From: Octopus bimaculoides
Taxonomy: Eukaryota
Assembly: GCF_001194135.2 (NCBI RefSeq)
Contig: NC_068982.1
Location: 112,687,623-112,751,622, forward strand
DNA: 64,000 nucleotides
Direction of reading: 5' to 3'
The notes under the pieces were generated by a model that was given only the letters and a program-made list of their open reading frames with translations, was not told where the DNA came from and did no database searches. Position numbers and translations under genes: made by a program. This document shows, one piece after another, positions 41,607 to 55,300 of the stretch (positions are counted from its first letter, which is position 1; every line of letters starts with the position of its first letter).

Positions 41607-43399
41607 GAGGAGACGACAGTTGTCTACCATATTTCCCAAATGAAAACCAGATGAAACTGCACAGTGTAGAAGTAATTGTTTTGCAGTTCTTAAGAGGTTA
41701 TATACTCGACTGATGTACTTTTAGACGAGAATGCATGCACATACTCACACATTCTTACAAATACACTTACACACATATGTGCATTTATATGAGCATATGC
41801 ATGTAATTTACAGCTGACTTATATCGTTTTATATTATATATACAGTATATAATGTATCAAACTACTGTTTAATTTAATATTCGTACGGGACATCTTGAAA
41901 CACCTCACAATTCTCTAAAATAGTATGATTCATACCTCAATAGAGATGCATGGTATAGTTGTTTCTGAATATGTACTATGCTTTTAAATAAATTTTATCG
42001 CTTCTGTATACATCAAATTTAATAATTCAAATTATGAAATCTACCGCCAATAATGACACACCATAGGCGTAAAAGATAAATGAGTTTTCATATAAGTTAA
42101 GGAATGCCATATAGACCATATAATGCTCTAAGCCTCATTAATATCGTATTGGTGACCTGTGCTGTCCCAGAAAGCAGGGACTTCGAATCAAGAACTCTAA
42201 GCCTAGAGCGTATATCAGCTTCTCATGAAGGCTTAGAATGTCTCATGGAGTGAGCATAAGACCATTAAAGATAGTTATGGACACCTTTCCTCCATCTCTA
42301 AAACTGTTGATTGAGATTCCTAATGGAACGTGGGGAAACACCTTTTAGTTGTGTCCATATTAATATCAGCTAAAATATTTGGAAATGCCGCACCCATCTG
42401 TTTGTTGAATCAATAACACCTATTTTACTTTTAAAATAATAGGAACCAAATTATCCTTTTACCGTAGTCTGTCAAAATAACAAAAACAATTCTAACAGTT
42501 GTCTGGATCTCAAATATATGAGTGTGCAAACACGAATCTAAAAGTCTAACTTGACCAGCCTCTTACTTTATAATGCACTCCATATAAAAAGACTTTTCTA
42601 GTTAGACTTTATTCATGTCCTTTATATAATCTAAGATGATGCCTGTACCATGGAGACAATTTATTTACTCATTAACAAATTTGTGAAGTAACTATGCACA
42701 AAAAATACAAAATTTCTCAGTAAAATAAAGACAATGCAGTTGCAACAAAAGATCGCAATTTCAATCACCCAATCACACTTTCTAACTACAGATATTTGCG
42801 AATATGTCCTTCGGAAATGAAGCCAGTATCGTTGTTACAATATGTCCTTTACATGAGATCATGTTCTATACATGATTTTTGAGGCACTGTAGGATGTCTC
42901 AAATAGTAGTACCGATCAAACAATATTTTTATGCAGCTTCTTAGACATGGTCTAATATTGCCAGCTAAATGATCCCTAGTATTTATCGTTGAGTATGAAA
43001 TTATAAGTATATTAGATGATGCCTTACATAATGGAATATGGTGTCATGATGGCATAATGTGATGACGTGTTATTGCAATGTCCGTTAAATGAGTTATACA
43101 TTGATGTCATGCATGGTGTCACTAAGAGTGATGTGTTATCATCAGGTTTCTTATATTTTCATATAATATATAACTGATATAATGATGTGTATTGTCATTT
43201 AATACCATGGACGGCATCGTGAGGTCGCTGAAGAGAAGAAACGCAATAAAATTTAATGTATTGCACAATCCAATAGAAACAGTGTAAAGGATTGAATGAT
43301 AGACGAAGATAATAAACTAGATTGAAGAATATAAAAATATGACACTCATCACTATATTATGCTTACATGTACTCTTATCTAAAGAATTTGAGGTTGCTT

Positions 43400-43860
43400 A
43401 AGTAAAAAGGTCTAAAATATTTGTGGGAACATTGATTGACTGTGATAACAACAGAGATTATAAATGAAGTAGATTTGCAAAGAAAGTATAATTATGTAGA
43501 TGTCATAAAAATGATGCAAGAGATTACATGACTACACTAAATGTAAAAAGTTAGAGAAATATTATAACCAAATTATATCAGAGAAGTGAATGCATCACAT
43601 CAAATCAAAACAAACAGGTAAAGACTGCCAAAAAGAAAACGAATATGAAAGTAGAAGGTAGGAATTAGTGCAAAACTTTTAGAGAAAAATCTAGCAGAAT
43701 AATTTGCTGAAAGATTCCCTTGGCAACAACGATGCTACTCTACTACAACTATGTAGGATACTCTTAAAAAGAGTGATGGAGAGAGGAAAGTGACTGAATA
43801 GAGTTATTAAGAAGGCAAAAGATCAGTTGCTTGGTGAGGTGTGCTTCACAATTCAAGCCA
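43400..43860 (+). mobile_element. Possible very old R4/Dong-like LINE relic (post-RT region)
   Basis: A-rich, with fragments such as 'KVREILY/YNQI' and 'IKKAKDQLL' loosely resembling R4-clade motifs KEY..R and AAQDQ.L. Confidence 0.25.
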
Positions 43861-44428
43861 ATAGAAATACCAGCTGGTATGAATACAAAACTACATCTAA
43901 ACATGGACGAAGAAGCAAGAAAGCGGTTAACTCGTGAAGCAAAGAAACAGCACGAACAAGGTGAAGCAAAGAAACGAAACGAACAAGGTATTCAAGAAAG
44001 AACAAAACTTTAGCAGAACTTTTTTCTGCGTTTCTTATGTTCTTATATCTATTAATGTTACTGGCATTACTATTCTGACTGATTATTTTTCTTAAGCAAT
44101 ATTGCTATTGTAACGTTTTCTTTTCTAGTAATCATATATCATTTAATTTTCCAGTTTGCTGTTATTTTCTAAGCAATATATTTTGTTTGTATAGAAAAAT
44201 ACATACATGCATATATGGACAATAACATACTTCTATACACACGTACACACAGATATATATGTATATAGATGCACATATATACACATATATGCATACACAT
44301 GTATATATATATAAATACACAACGTATATATTGACATATAGATATGTGATAACAAATACATATGCAAGTTTTATATATACACATACATACATACACATAT
44401 ATAAATGTATGTATGTATACATACACAC

Positions 44429-44470
<42 letters not shown>

Positions 44471-44927
44471 GTATGTATATACATGTATATATTTTTACAT
44501 TTATGCACATAAGCACGTTTATACATATATATTATGTGCATATGTGCATATATGCATATATATATATGCACATATACAAGCATGTGTGTACGTATGCAGG
44601 ACTCATACATATAAATTTCTTACACGATAGGAACCACTAACAAAACAATAAATAATTGATCTATTGCAAAGTAACTGGTAATATATATTCTTTTCCTTAA
44701 GATATGTTCTTTTTTAGTGCCAAGTCTACCTGGAATGAGCAGAATTGTAATTAAATTTATCCCAAACTGTCTTTTTAAGTATATCTAAGATATCATTAAA
44801 TAATGTACCCTTTGCTTAATTCACAATACATTATTGTTTGTTAAGGGAAGTCGGCTACGACGTCTACCATTTCTGTTGGTAGCCAAGGACATAGATGTTC
44901 CGTCTTTGGCTGAATGTTTTGCTGTAT

Positions 44928-44978
44928 GTAGCGCGTGCTTAGTACGTAGCGCGTGCTTAGTACGTAGCGCGTGCTGAG
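44928..44978. repeat. 18-bp tandem repeat x ~2.8 (GTAGCGCGTGCTTAGTAC)
   Basis: Units start at 44928, 44946 and 44964; the first two are identical. Confidence 0.95.
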
Positions 44979-45225
44979 TTTAGTTATTCAGATTCCTTCA
45001 ACTGATAACATCTCTAACATTTCCCCAAAACATTAACAAATGGACAACATTGATTTTAATAGATTTTGATGATACGTGTTTGTGTGCGTGCGCGCGCGCG
45101 TGTTTGTGCGTGTGTATGTGTGTGTTTATATATATATATTTGTATATATATATGCATGTAAGTTTTTTACGCGTATATATCAATATATATATATATACAT
45201 ATATATAAATATGCATATCCATATG

Positions 45226-45284
<59 letters not shown>

Positions 45285-45691
45285 NNNNNNNNNNNNNNNN
45301 NNNNNNNNNNNNNNNNNNNNNNNNNNNNNNNNNNNNNNNNNNNNNNNNNNNNNNNNNNNNNNNNNNNNNNNNNNNNNNNNNNNNNNNNNNNNNNNNNNNN
45401 NNNNNNNNNNNNNNNNNNNNNNNNNNNNNNNNNNNNNNNNNNNNNNNNNNNNNNNNNNNNNNNNNNNNNNNNNNNNNNNNNNNNNNNNNNNNNNNNNNNN
45501 NNNNNNNNNNNNNNNNNNNNNNNNNNNNNNNNNNNNNNNNNNNNNNNNNNNNNNNNNNNNNNNNNNNNNNNNNNNNNNNTATATATATAGGGAGAGGGTG
45601 TGAGGGGAAGAGAATCAGAGTGGCAAAGACAGAGAAATGTTAAATAGACTGATAGATAGAGATAGATAGATAGATAAATAGATAGATAGAT

Positions 45692-45746
<55 letters not shown>

Positions 45747-47767
45747 CAGAGACAGAGAGAGAAAGAGAAATAGCTTGATATACGTATGATATACATAGTA
45801 ATGTATTATATCATATTATATTTATACATACAGATACATGCGTTTACACACAGAAACACAGAAGCGAGCATTTAGCTACTGCTATGTATGTCCATATACA
45901 TATTATCAATGTTAGGATCAACAATGTATTCTTATAAAACACATAGAGACATACTTATATACACATTATAACCAAACTCATATACAACTATTGACGCATT
46001 TTCACAGGTATATGTGTGCATGCGCGTGAGTATGTTTATGTATTTATATTGATCGTCTGACAGTGAAAACTATAGAAATTTATACGCATGTAGATGTATT
46101 AGTAGAGTACAAATCAATAGATATATGGATAGCTATAGTAACAACTAGAACAATGTGTAATATAGATTTCTCTCATTGTTGTATAGACTCAGATTTTTTA
46201 GCGTGGGTGTAGTAAGAGATGTTCTACTGTGTACAGTGTAGCATTTAGTATTAGATCTGTATATGAAGTAAGTAAAATGTCTATATCCAGGAATCGAAAG
46301 AGTGTCGCGATCTTCATTGAAAAGAAACTGTACCACGAGTAAATTTACATTTATCAAATAAATATATATATGCTTTGGGGGCAAATGCCTAAATTTGGGT
46401 AAAATTAACGTCAAAATATGTAGAAACAAAACCTGGCTATATATTATTTATCTAATACATATATGTATGGATATATGCATAAATATATATACATCATATA
46501 TATATATACATCATATATATATATATATATACATCATATATATATATACATCATATATATATNNNNNNNNNNNNNNNNNNNNNNNNNNNNNNNNNNNNNN
46601 NNNNNNNNNNNNNNNNNNNNNNNNNNNNNNNNNNNNNNNNNNNNNNNNNNNNNNNNNNNNNNNNNNNNNNNNNNNNNNNNNNNNNNNNNNNNNNNNNNNN
46701 NNNNNNNNNNNNNNNNNNNNNNNNNNNNNNNNNNNNNNNNNNNNNNNNNNNNNNNNNNNNNNNNNNNNNNNNNNNNNNNNNNNNNNNNNNNNNNNNNNNN
46801 NNNNNNNNNNNNNNNNNNNNNNNNNNNNNNNNNNNNNNNNNNNNNNNNNNNNNNNNNNNNNNNNNNNNNNNNNNNNNNNNNNNNNNNNNNNNNNNNNNNN
46901 NNNNNNNNNNNNNNNNNNNNNNNNNNNNNNNNNNNNNNNNNNNNNNNNNNNNNNNNNNNNNNNNNNNNNNNNNNNNNNNNNNNNNNNNNNNNNNNNNNNN
47001 NNNNNNNNNNNNNNNNNNNNNNNNNNNNNNNNNNNNNNNNNNNNNNNNNNNNNNNNNNNNNNNNNNNNNNNNNNNNNNNNNNNNNNNNNNNNNNNNNNNN
47101 NNNNNNNNNNNNNNNNNNNNNNNNNNNNNNNNNNNNNNNNNNNNNNNNNNNNNNNNNNNNNNNNNNNNNNNNNNNNNNNNNNNNNNNNNNNNNNNNNNNN
47201 NNNNNNNNNNNNNNNNNNNNNNNNNNNNNNNNNNNNNNNNNNNNNNNNNNNNNNNNNNNNNNNNNNNNNNNNNNNNNNNNNNNNNNNNNNNNNNNNNNNN
47301 NNNNNNNNNNNNNNNNNNNNNNNNNNNNNNNNNNNNNNNNNNNNNNNNNNNNNNNNNNNNNNNNNNNNNNNNNNNNNNNNNNNNNNNNNNNNNNNNNNNN
47401 NNNNNNNNNNNNNATGCCCTCAAACACACATACACACATACATACACATACACACATATATAGGCATGTATGTATATTTGTATGTTCTGTAAAGAACCAT
47501 ATAGTGTAGGAATTTACATATACGTATAGCAAAACCTGATCGTTTATAATAACAATGTAGTGCACTATGTTCTAACATATTTCACCAGCTTCGCATAAGT
47601 ATGTATAAAGTTAGGTTATACATAATTATTATCTTTAGTTTACATAGATCGCTGTAGTTAATGATTATATATGTATATCTATATGTCTCACTCAATCTCG
47701 CTTTCTTTCTCTCTATGTGTATATATATACGTACATACTTACATACATACGTACATACACACACACA

Positions 47768-47801
<34 letters not shown>

Positions 47802-47894
47802 CACATATACATACACATACATACATGTATATATGTATATATGTATGTATGTGTTATCTTTTATTATTCATTTGTTTCATAATCGTACAGCGGT

Positions 47895-48030
47895 CATTGA
47901 CCTCATTGCTTTTGTTATTTACAAAGTCTGGTACTTATTCTAACGGTCAATTTCGCGGAACCGCTAGGTTACGGGGATGTAAACACACGAACTCCGATGG
48001 TCAAGCCTTGCTAGGGCAAACACAAGCGCA
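47895..48030 (-). mobile_element. SINE body fragment (octopus OR-like)
   Basis: Reverse complement contains GTGTTTACATCCCCGTAACCTAGCGGTTCCGCGAAA...GAATAAGTACCAGACTTTGTAAA, homologous to 4880-4940 and 30710-30800. Confidence 0.7.
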
Positions 48031-49703
48031 TTTTTGCACACGCGCACGCACGCGCGCACGCACGCGCGCACACACGCACACATACATGCACACACACACA
48101 CACACACACGCACACACACACACACACACATGTACACGCACATGATGGCTTAGCAGGCCGAAACTTCGAAGTTACTGTCAATACTCTTTTTGTTAAAGAG
48201 AAATAAGAAATTTATGCTCAACCAAATGCTTTGAGTAATACTTCAAACATACATACATACATACATGCATGCATACATACATACATACATACATACATAC
48301 ATGCATACATACATACATACATGCATACATACATACATACATACATGCATACATACATACATGCATACGTACATACATGCATGNNNNNNNNNNNNNNNNN
48401 NNNNNNNNNNNNNNNNNNNNNNNNNNNNNNNNNNNNNNNNNNNNNNNNNNNNNNNNNNNNNNNNNNNNNNNNNNNNNNNNNNNNNNNNNNNNNNNNNNNN
48501 NNNNNNNNNNNNNNNNNNNNNNNNNNNNNNNNNNNNNNNNNNNNNNNNNNNNNNNNNNNNNNNNNNNNNNNNNNNNNNNNNNNNNNNNNNNNNNNNNNNN
48601 NNNNNNNNNNNNNNNNNNNNNNNNNNNNNNNNNNNNNNNNNNNNNNNNNNNNNNNNNNNNNNNNNNNNNNNNNNNNNNNNNNNNNNNNNNNNNNNNAGAA
48701 ATAAGAAATTTATGCTCAACCAAATGCTTTGAGTAATACTTCAAACATACATACATACATACATGCATGCATACATACATACATACATACATGCATACAT
48801 ACATACATACATGCATACATACATACATACATACATGCATACATACATACATGCATACGTACATACATGCATGCATGCATACATACATATGTACATAGAT
48901 ACATGTATATAAAAACGATGACAACGTAATATATGTTTTAGAGCTAGTTGTGACTTTTGATGTACTGATGTAAAATACCTTTTACAGTACTCTGTTATTT
49001 AGAACCCTTAAAGTAGCCAGCCCAATTTACAGACTAATGCATACTTCTACTGGTTGTGATTGTCACAGTCATTGACCGGTAGCACGATGACTCATTTCAA
49101 TTACACTGTATAGCACATACTAGTTTCCCTTTTTGTATCATCACCCATTCAAATGTCAAATACGGTAATAATATGAAGAGCATTATTCATTTATTATTGT
49201 TAATAATATTTTATTATGTAAAAATAGTAGTAGTAATGTTATCATTATTTAGAACTTTTTTTTTTCTTTTTTCCTTTTGGCTGGAATCTGAGTCAGCAGC
49301 ATCATTTTCATCAAAGAAAATCCGAAAGTAGAAAAAAACATGATGGTACTCATTTCTCAAAGTGCCCGAAATACGCGCTTAATTGGTAATCCTGTATATA
49401 CATACATGCATATATATATGTATATAGGTACATGTGTGTATAACGTGTAGTACCCAATAACAGTTTCGTCGTTGGGCATTCAAACGGATCAATCTGACCA
49501 CCTATTTGTTAAATAAAAGTGTAAGTGGTTTAGTATCCAAGACACGTGTAGCCGTCTGAAAACCGAAATGAGCATGGCACCATGTGGGACAAGGCTGAAT
49601 CTTTGAGTAAAACTCTTTCAATAAGCTTCCATTCATAAATTTTTTGACGTGTGTGAAGCAAACCCCTTAATCACTCGTTTATAGCTGGATCCACATGTAC
49701 ATT

Positions 49704-49740
<37 letters not shown>

Positions 49741-50429
49741 NNNNNNNNNNNNNNNNNNNNNNNNNNNNNNNNNNNNNNNNNNNNNNNNNNNNNNNNNNNN
49801 NNNNNNNNNNNNNNNNNNNNNNNNNNNNNNNNNNNNNNNNNNNNNNNNNNNNNNNNNNNNNNNNNNNNNNNNNNNNNNNNNNNNNNNNNNNNNNNNNNNN
49901 NNNNNNNNNNNNNNNNNNNNNNNNNNNNNNNNNNNNNNNNNNNNNNNNNNNNNNNNNNNNNNNNNNNNNNNNNNNNNNNNNNNNNNNNNNNNNNNNNNNN
50001 NNNNNNNNNNNNNNNNNNNNNNNNNNNNNNNNNNNNNNNNNNNNNNNNTATATATATATATATGAAATGAAAAAACAACGAAAATGATATTGATGAAATG
50101 CAAAGCCGCCCCTGAGACTTGTTTCACTAATCAAATTTTTATCTCTTCTCACAGGGAATTAACAGCCGTTGACAGATTTCAATTTATTGAAGGACGTCGA
50201 CGTATGAACATCATAACAACATGTTATTCGGTTGTTTCCGTATATAAATGTTATAAAAAATAATTAACTCCAGCTCTCCTATATTTACTTCAGCATCAGG
50301 AAGCTGTTATTTCTAGTCAGTTTCGTTCTGTCATTTATGTCGTGAGGGATCATCCGAATTAACTGAAAGCCAAACACGGTTCCTGTGCATCCTGTAAGAA
50401 TCATGCATTTGATAGCTGATGGTTGATAG

Positions 50430-50632
50430 TGAATGGTGACATGATTATGATGATGGCAGCGACGAAGGCGATGATGACAGCAATGATGGCGATGGTGATG
50501 ATAAGTGGTGGCCGTGGTGATGGTGGTGGTAGTGACGGTGACGAGGTTAGTGCTGATGGTGGAGGTGGTGGTGACGGTGCTGATGTTTGAGGTAGAGGCG
50601 TTGGTGGTGGTGCTGGTGACGTTGATGATTAT
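50430..50632. repeat. Cryptic GAT/GGT trinucleotide low-complexity tract
   Basis: Directly visible. Confidence 0.8.
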
Positions 50633-50737
50633 ATATGGTTACCACAGATACATTCAGACATGCTTATTTGTTTGCATATATGCGTTTGCATGTATACGCA
50701 CTACACACACGCACATATACATATATACATATATATA

Positions 50738-50809
<72 letters not shown>

Positions 50810-51130
50810 TACATGCAGTTATATATATAGTAACACACACACACATACTCACACACACGCACACACACATATATATATTTACACACATTCATACCTTTCT
50901 ATCTATTTATCCATCTAATTATATGCAGACACAAAACCACAGATGCACAAACACGGACATACATACGCTTAAATAAAGTTAGGTATGTTCCCGCCAGTAT
51001 TGGTCCATGCAACCTCTAAATTTTGTTGCTTCTATACACAAACACACACACACACACATACACACACACACACACACATATGTATATATGCATAAATTCA
51101 CACACACACACATATACATATATAATAGCA

Positions 51131-51180
<50 letters not shown>

Positions 51181-51996
51181 TGCTGTTATATATGTGTGAG
51201 CTTAAGATTCCATCAATTCTTTTTCAACTGAAGTAAGCATATGCAATATATTTAGAAACTGAAGTTTTAAGTACTCCATTAAGCTTACAGTATCAAACTT
51301 TATACACCACGTGTTCACACATACTCTGAAATATAGTTTCGCTGAAAAACAGCATTTGTATATGACATGTTGGTGTTTTCGCTAAATTTGATTGATATCT
51401 GCATTTCAGATAACAAGCATGCTACCATGGAGTAGACGATTTTATTGTTGATGTCAACACTCAACCAATGTTGTCTGGCGGGAAATTCGTTCTATGTGTA
51501 AACACGAAAGCCTACATGCTTTCTCTCAAACACACATGAAGAAGGACGTGTATATTTGCACATTTGCATTTCTATACACAATTCTGCATTCATAACTCAA
51601 GCCAGTTACTAAAATCTCATTATTGTAAAATGAATTTTTGATGATAAATATACATGGGGTAGAGACACATTTAATAGTTAAGAAAATCTTGTTCTGTATT
51701 TTGTCCAACCGGAAGCCTTACTTAAGGAACTGTCAACCGGGATAAATTATAGTATTTGAGTGACATATTAACGAGAGGATATAAATAATGACATAAAGAT
51801 AATGACCAATGTATTTCATCGTTATATACACTGATAAAACTTACATTTACATAAACATTTATGAGATCTGCTTCGTTGTGCATTAAACTAAACTGGAACA
51901 TATGCATGTTTACGTTTACTCATTCATAATACATACACATACACGAACATAACATCTATTTCTATCTATTGACATATATGTATATAATATATAAAG

Positions 51997-52031
<35 letters not shown>

Positions 52032-52121
52032 ATATATATTTATATATATACAGGCATACTATGTGCACAAATATTTATGTTTGTGCATACTGAATGCTGA
52101 TACATCAATGTTAAAGCCCAC

Positions 52122-53355
52122 CTTTTATTTGATGTGTCAAACGCCTTTGGGGTTGCAATGGTGACTCTCTTGGCTGATTCGTCCTTACGCGGTAGGGCTA
52201 CCACCGGGATTTCTTCCAGAACCGTAATATCTTCGTCCAAAGATGGTTTTGAGGGTAGTTTTCGGTTCAGAGACCTACTCTTTCCCATGGAACACATATC
52301 ATAACTACCGCTACATATGTGTCCTGTTGTCGTAGATGTCTTTTGAGTTCTCGCGTCCTTGATGGATCCGGAAGTTAAACTTTGAACAGGGGGACCTACT
52401 TTATTTGTTTGTTGTAAATTTAAGTGAGAATGGTTGGGTTGAGGAGGGCGTTGGGGGTGATGATAGATAGGTTGGGGATGTTTTTGGTTTGTTGTTATTG
52501 TTACAGTAGGTGTTGTAGCTGTAACAGAGGTAGATGATCCCGATAATTTTTTGTTATTGTTATTGTTGTTGTTGTTATTGTTATTGTTATTGTTTTTATT
52601 TTTGCTATTCTTGTTGTTGTTATGATTGGGCGGGGAGGTACTGGCGACCCCGGTGGCGGTGCCGTTGGGTGGGAAGTCTCCAGTTGATGAAGTAGCAGAT
52701 GGTAAAGGTGAAGGTTGATGGTGATAGAGTAAATGTGGTGACCCAGTAATGGGTGTTGTGGGGGAAGTGAGGAGGTGTTGTTGGCCCGTAGGGGAAGGTT
52801 GTAGGAGCTGAAAGCTTTCCAGGCCGCTACTACGTGTGGGTGTGTCTGAAATAATGGTGTCAGTGGTACTAGCTGGCGTGTGGTGTCTTTGGACTTGGGA
52901 TGCCGATTGCTGGATGTTATGGTGGTTGTGGTTTTGATGGTTAATATGTTGTGGCTCGGTGGTGGTGGTGGGGATGTGATTAGTCTGGCTGTTGTGATGG
53001 GGATTGGGGTGGGGTCGGGTGTGATTATTTTGAGTTTCGATAATTTTGCTGTTTTTATTGTTATGCAAATCTTGCAGAGGTTGAGGTTTTTGTTTTTGTG
53101 GTTGTTTATGATCTTGATTTTGTTGTTGATACTTCGGTGATGTTTGATTGCTAATTTGTCGTTGTGAGGTGGGTGGTGGCGGAGCCTGGCGGCGTTGTTG
53201 ACGTTTTTGTTGGGATCGGTTATCAGATAATTGGTGTTGCTTATGTTGTTGTGGTGCCAGTTGGTGAAGCGGAGACTTGGGGGGTGCCGGGGCGGTCTGT
53301 GGAGGTGGAATGGGGGTGGTTGGAGAGGGTGCAGAGGAGGGGGTGAGTGTGGAGG
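52122..53355 (-). CDS. Large exon (3' part, after the 10-N gap) of the unidentified minus-strand gene: ~410 aa Q/H/P/T/S/N-rich disordered region ending ...LDEDITVLEEIPVVALPRKDESAKRVTIATPKAFDTSNK
   Basis: 1.23 kb stop-free frame with raised GC, a poly-Asn run and a complex C-terminal segment. Donor AAG|GTGGGC at 52122/52121 (phase 2) is phase-compatible with the exon at 36769. Confidence 0.75.
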
Positions 53356-53365
53356 NNNNNNNNNN

Positions 53366-54457
53366 TGATTTTTTGTCGTTGTAGCAGCAGCAATAACAGC
53401 AGTAATAACACTTGTAGCAATGATAGTTGCAGTGGCAGCAGCAGCAGCAGCGGCGGCGGCGGCAGCAGAAACAACTGTCTAAGCTACTGTAGCTGTTGTA
53501 GTTGCTGCAGCTGTGATAGAAGCAGTGGCAGTGTTGGTAACAGTTGTAGTAGTAGTAGTAGTGGTGGTAATAGTAGTAATAGCAGTTGTGGTCGTTGTGC
53601 TGGCAACGACGACACCAGTCGCCTACGTAGCGAGCAGCGGGTACACTGGTTCCTCTTGCTGCACTGGTCTGTGCGGTGACAAATTCTTCGATGTCTATTG
53701 ACGATACTGGTGACGTTACTAAAGTGGATTCTGAATTTACTATGACTGCAGCTACTTCAGCTTCCACTGCCACTACGATTATTGCAGTGAATGCTTTTCC
53801 TTTTGCTTCCCTTTTTCTCCTTATTATCGTTGCAGTGTTTCTTGTTGAGATCACAGCAGCTGCTGTTATTATAGTTTTTGGTATTTTTGTGTTAGTTGCT
53901 AATAACAACAATATGTTAGAAAATGATGACAAGAAGAATGACACGGAGAAATATTTACTGTTTATGAAAGGGATAATTGCATCAGTAGATTTCGTTAAAT
54001 GGAAATTAAGGAATGTATGTTTACTATATTTGGTGTCGATGTATATAATAACAACAATAATGATAATACACACAAAAGAAGTGATAAAAATTGTAGTTGG
54101 CTTACAAGAAGTAGCAGTTACACTAGTGATATTAGAATGAGCACTAGCCACAGTGGCGGCAGCGGCTTTGCAGTAGTAGCAGTAGTAGTTGTTGTTGTTG
54201 CTGTTGTTGACTGATGATTGTACTAGCAATATGGTGATGTCGGTGGAGGTAATAGTAGTGGCAGTACTGGTGATGGTTTCGTTGTTATTCGTCCGAGTCC
54301 CGTGGACCGTGGCTTGTTGTTTTTTTCCGACCCCTCCCGCCGCCGCCGGCCACTTCGACGTTAGACGACGGGTTACGACTACAACAACATTGAGAGGTAA
54401 TGCTGTTACGATTACTGGTTTATCCGAGAAGAGAAAACGGTGGGAGTCGAAACCCAT
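53366..54457 (-). CDS. Possible upstream part of the same large exon (T/A/I-rich, then a Cys/Tyr-rich tract); could be 5'UTR
   Basis: One frame is open for ~363 codons from ATG 54457 to the gap; the other two frames have stops. Frame continuity across the gap is unknown, and the trinucleotide repeats here (ACT, GCT, AAC) are stop-free in all frames. Confidence 0.4.
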
Positions 54458-55184
54458 TCAAAAGAGCGAAAACGGTGAGACCGACTTGGTGATTATTTGA
54501 ACAGCTATCGTATAGCAAGCAGTAGTAACAGCTTTGCATTGGTGGCAGCGTCGGTAGGAGTTCTTAAGTAAATGGAACGATGACGGGGGCGGCGGCAAGG
54601 TAGTCGTGGTGTCGATGGCGGTGGTGAGATTTCAAGAGGTGGAAGCAAACATGGAAAAAGGAAGGATGAGGAGAAAACAGTTGATAAAAAGACGATGATG
54701 GTTATGCACACTGTGAAATCGGTGCTGCTGTGTTATAGCAAAATGTTTAGGTGTATATACGCTGATAGGTATATGTGGTATATCTAATTCTGTATTATAA
54801 ATATAAATATATACGTATATATTTTTTGATGTTTAATAGTATTTCCATGATAGAATCGAAGTAAAATCACAGTGTTATTTATTCTCTGAGTGGATTACGG
54901 TATGGAACTGTAAAGGATATTGATTGTTGTGGTAGCAGTGGCTGTGATGGTTGAAGTGGTTGTAGTGGTGGATCTCCTAGAGGTACTGTGTCACCAAATG
55001 TAGTCGTAATGGCGCAACAGATATCAGTAGAGGAAAGGTAAAAACAGAAGACTCTCTTCAAACGTTGACTAAAACTACTGCTTCTGTTTCAATTATAACC
55101 TAGGTTACAATGAGTGTATATCTTATATAGGGGGGTGTTCGAATTTACTATCGACATTAGCCAGGTCACTGGTCGAAATGCTAT

Positions 55185-55300
55185 GATTATATTAATAATG
55201 ATGATGACGACAGTTATGATAATGATAATGATGATGATGCTGGTAATGATGATGATGCTGGTAATGATGACGGCGATGACGATGATGATGACGACAAAGT
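55185..55300. repeat. GAT/GAC/GGT trinucleotide low-complexity tract
   Basis: Directly visible. Confidence 0.8.

Noticed and set aside
48199-48880. ~185-bp sequence (GAAATAAGAAATTTATGCTCAACC...(CATA)n) repeated on both sides of the gap at 48384-48696
   Set aside because: An essentially identical duplication flanking a gap and ending in a microsatellite is the usual signature of unmerged overlapping contigs, not a biological repeat.
53676-54140. Plus-strand 154-aa hydrophobic ORF, plus neighbours 54189..54500 and 53347..53679
   Set aside because: They are antisense shadows of the triplet-structured minus-strand region, with no splice or start support.
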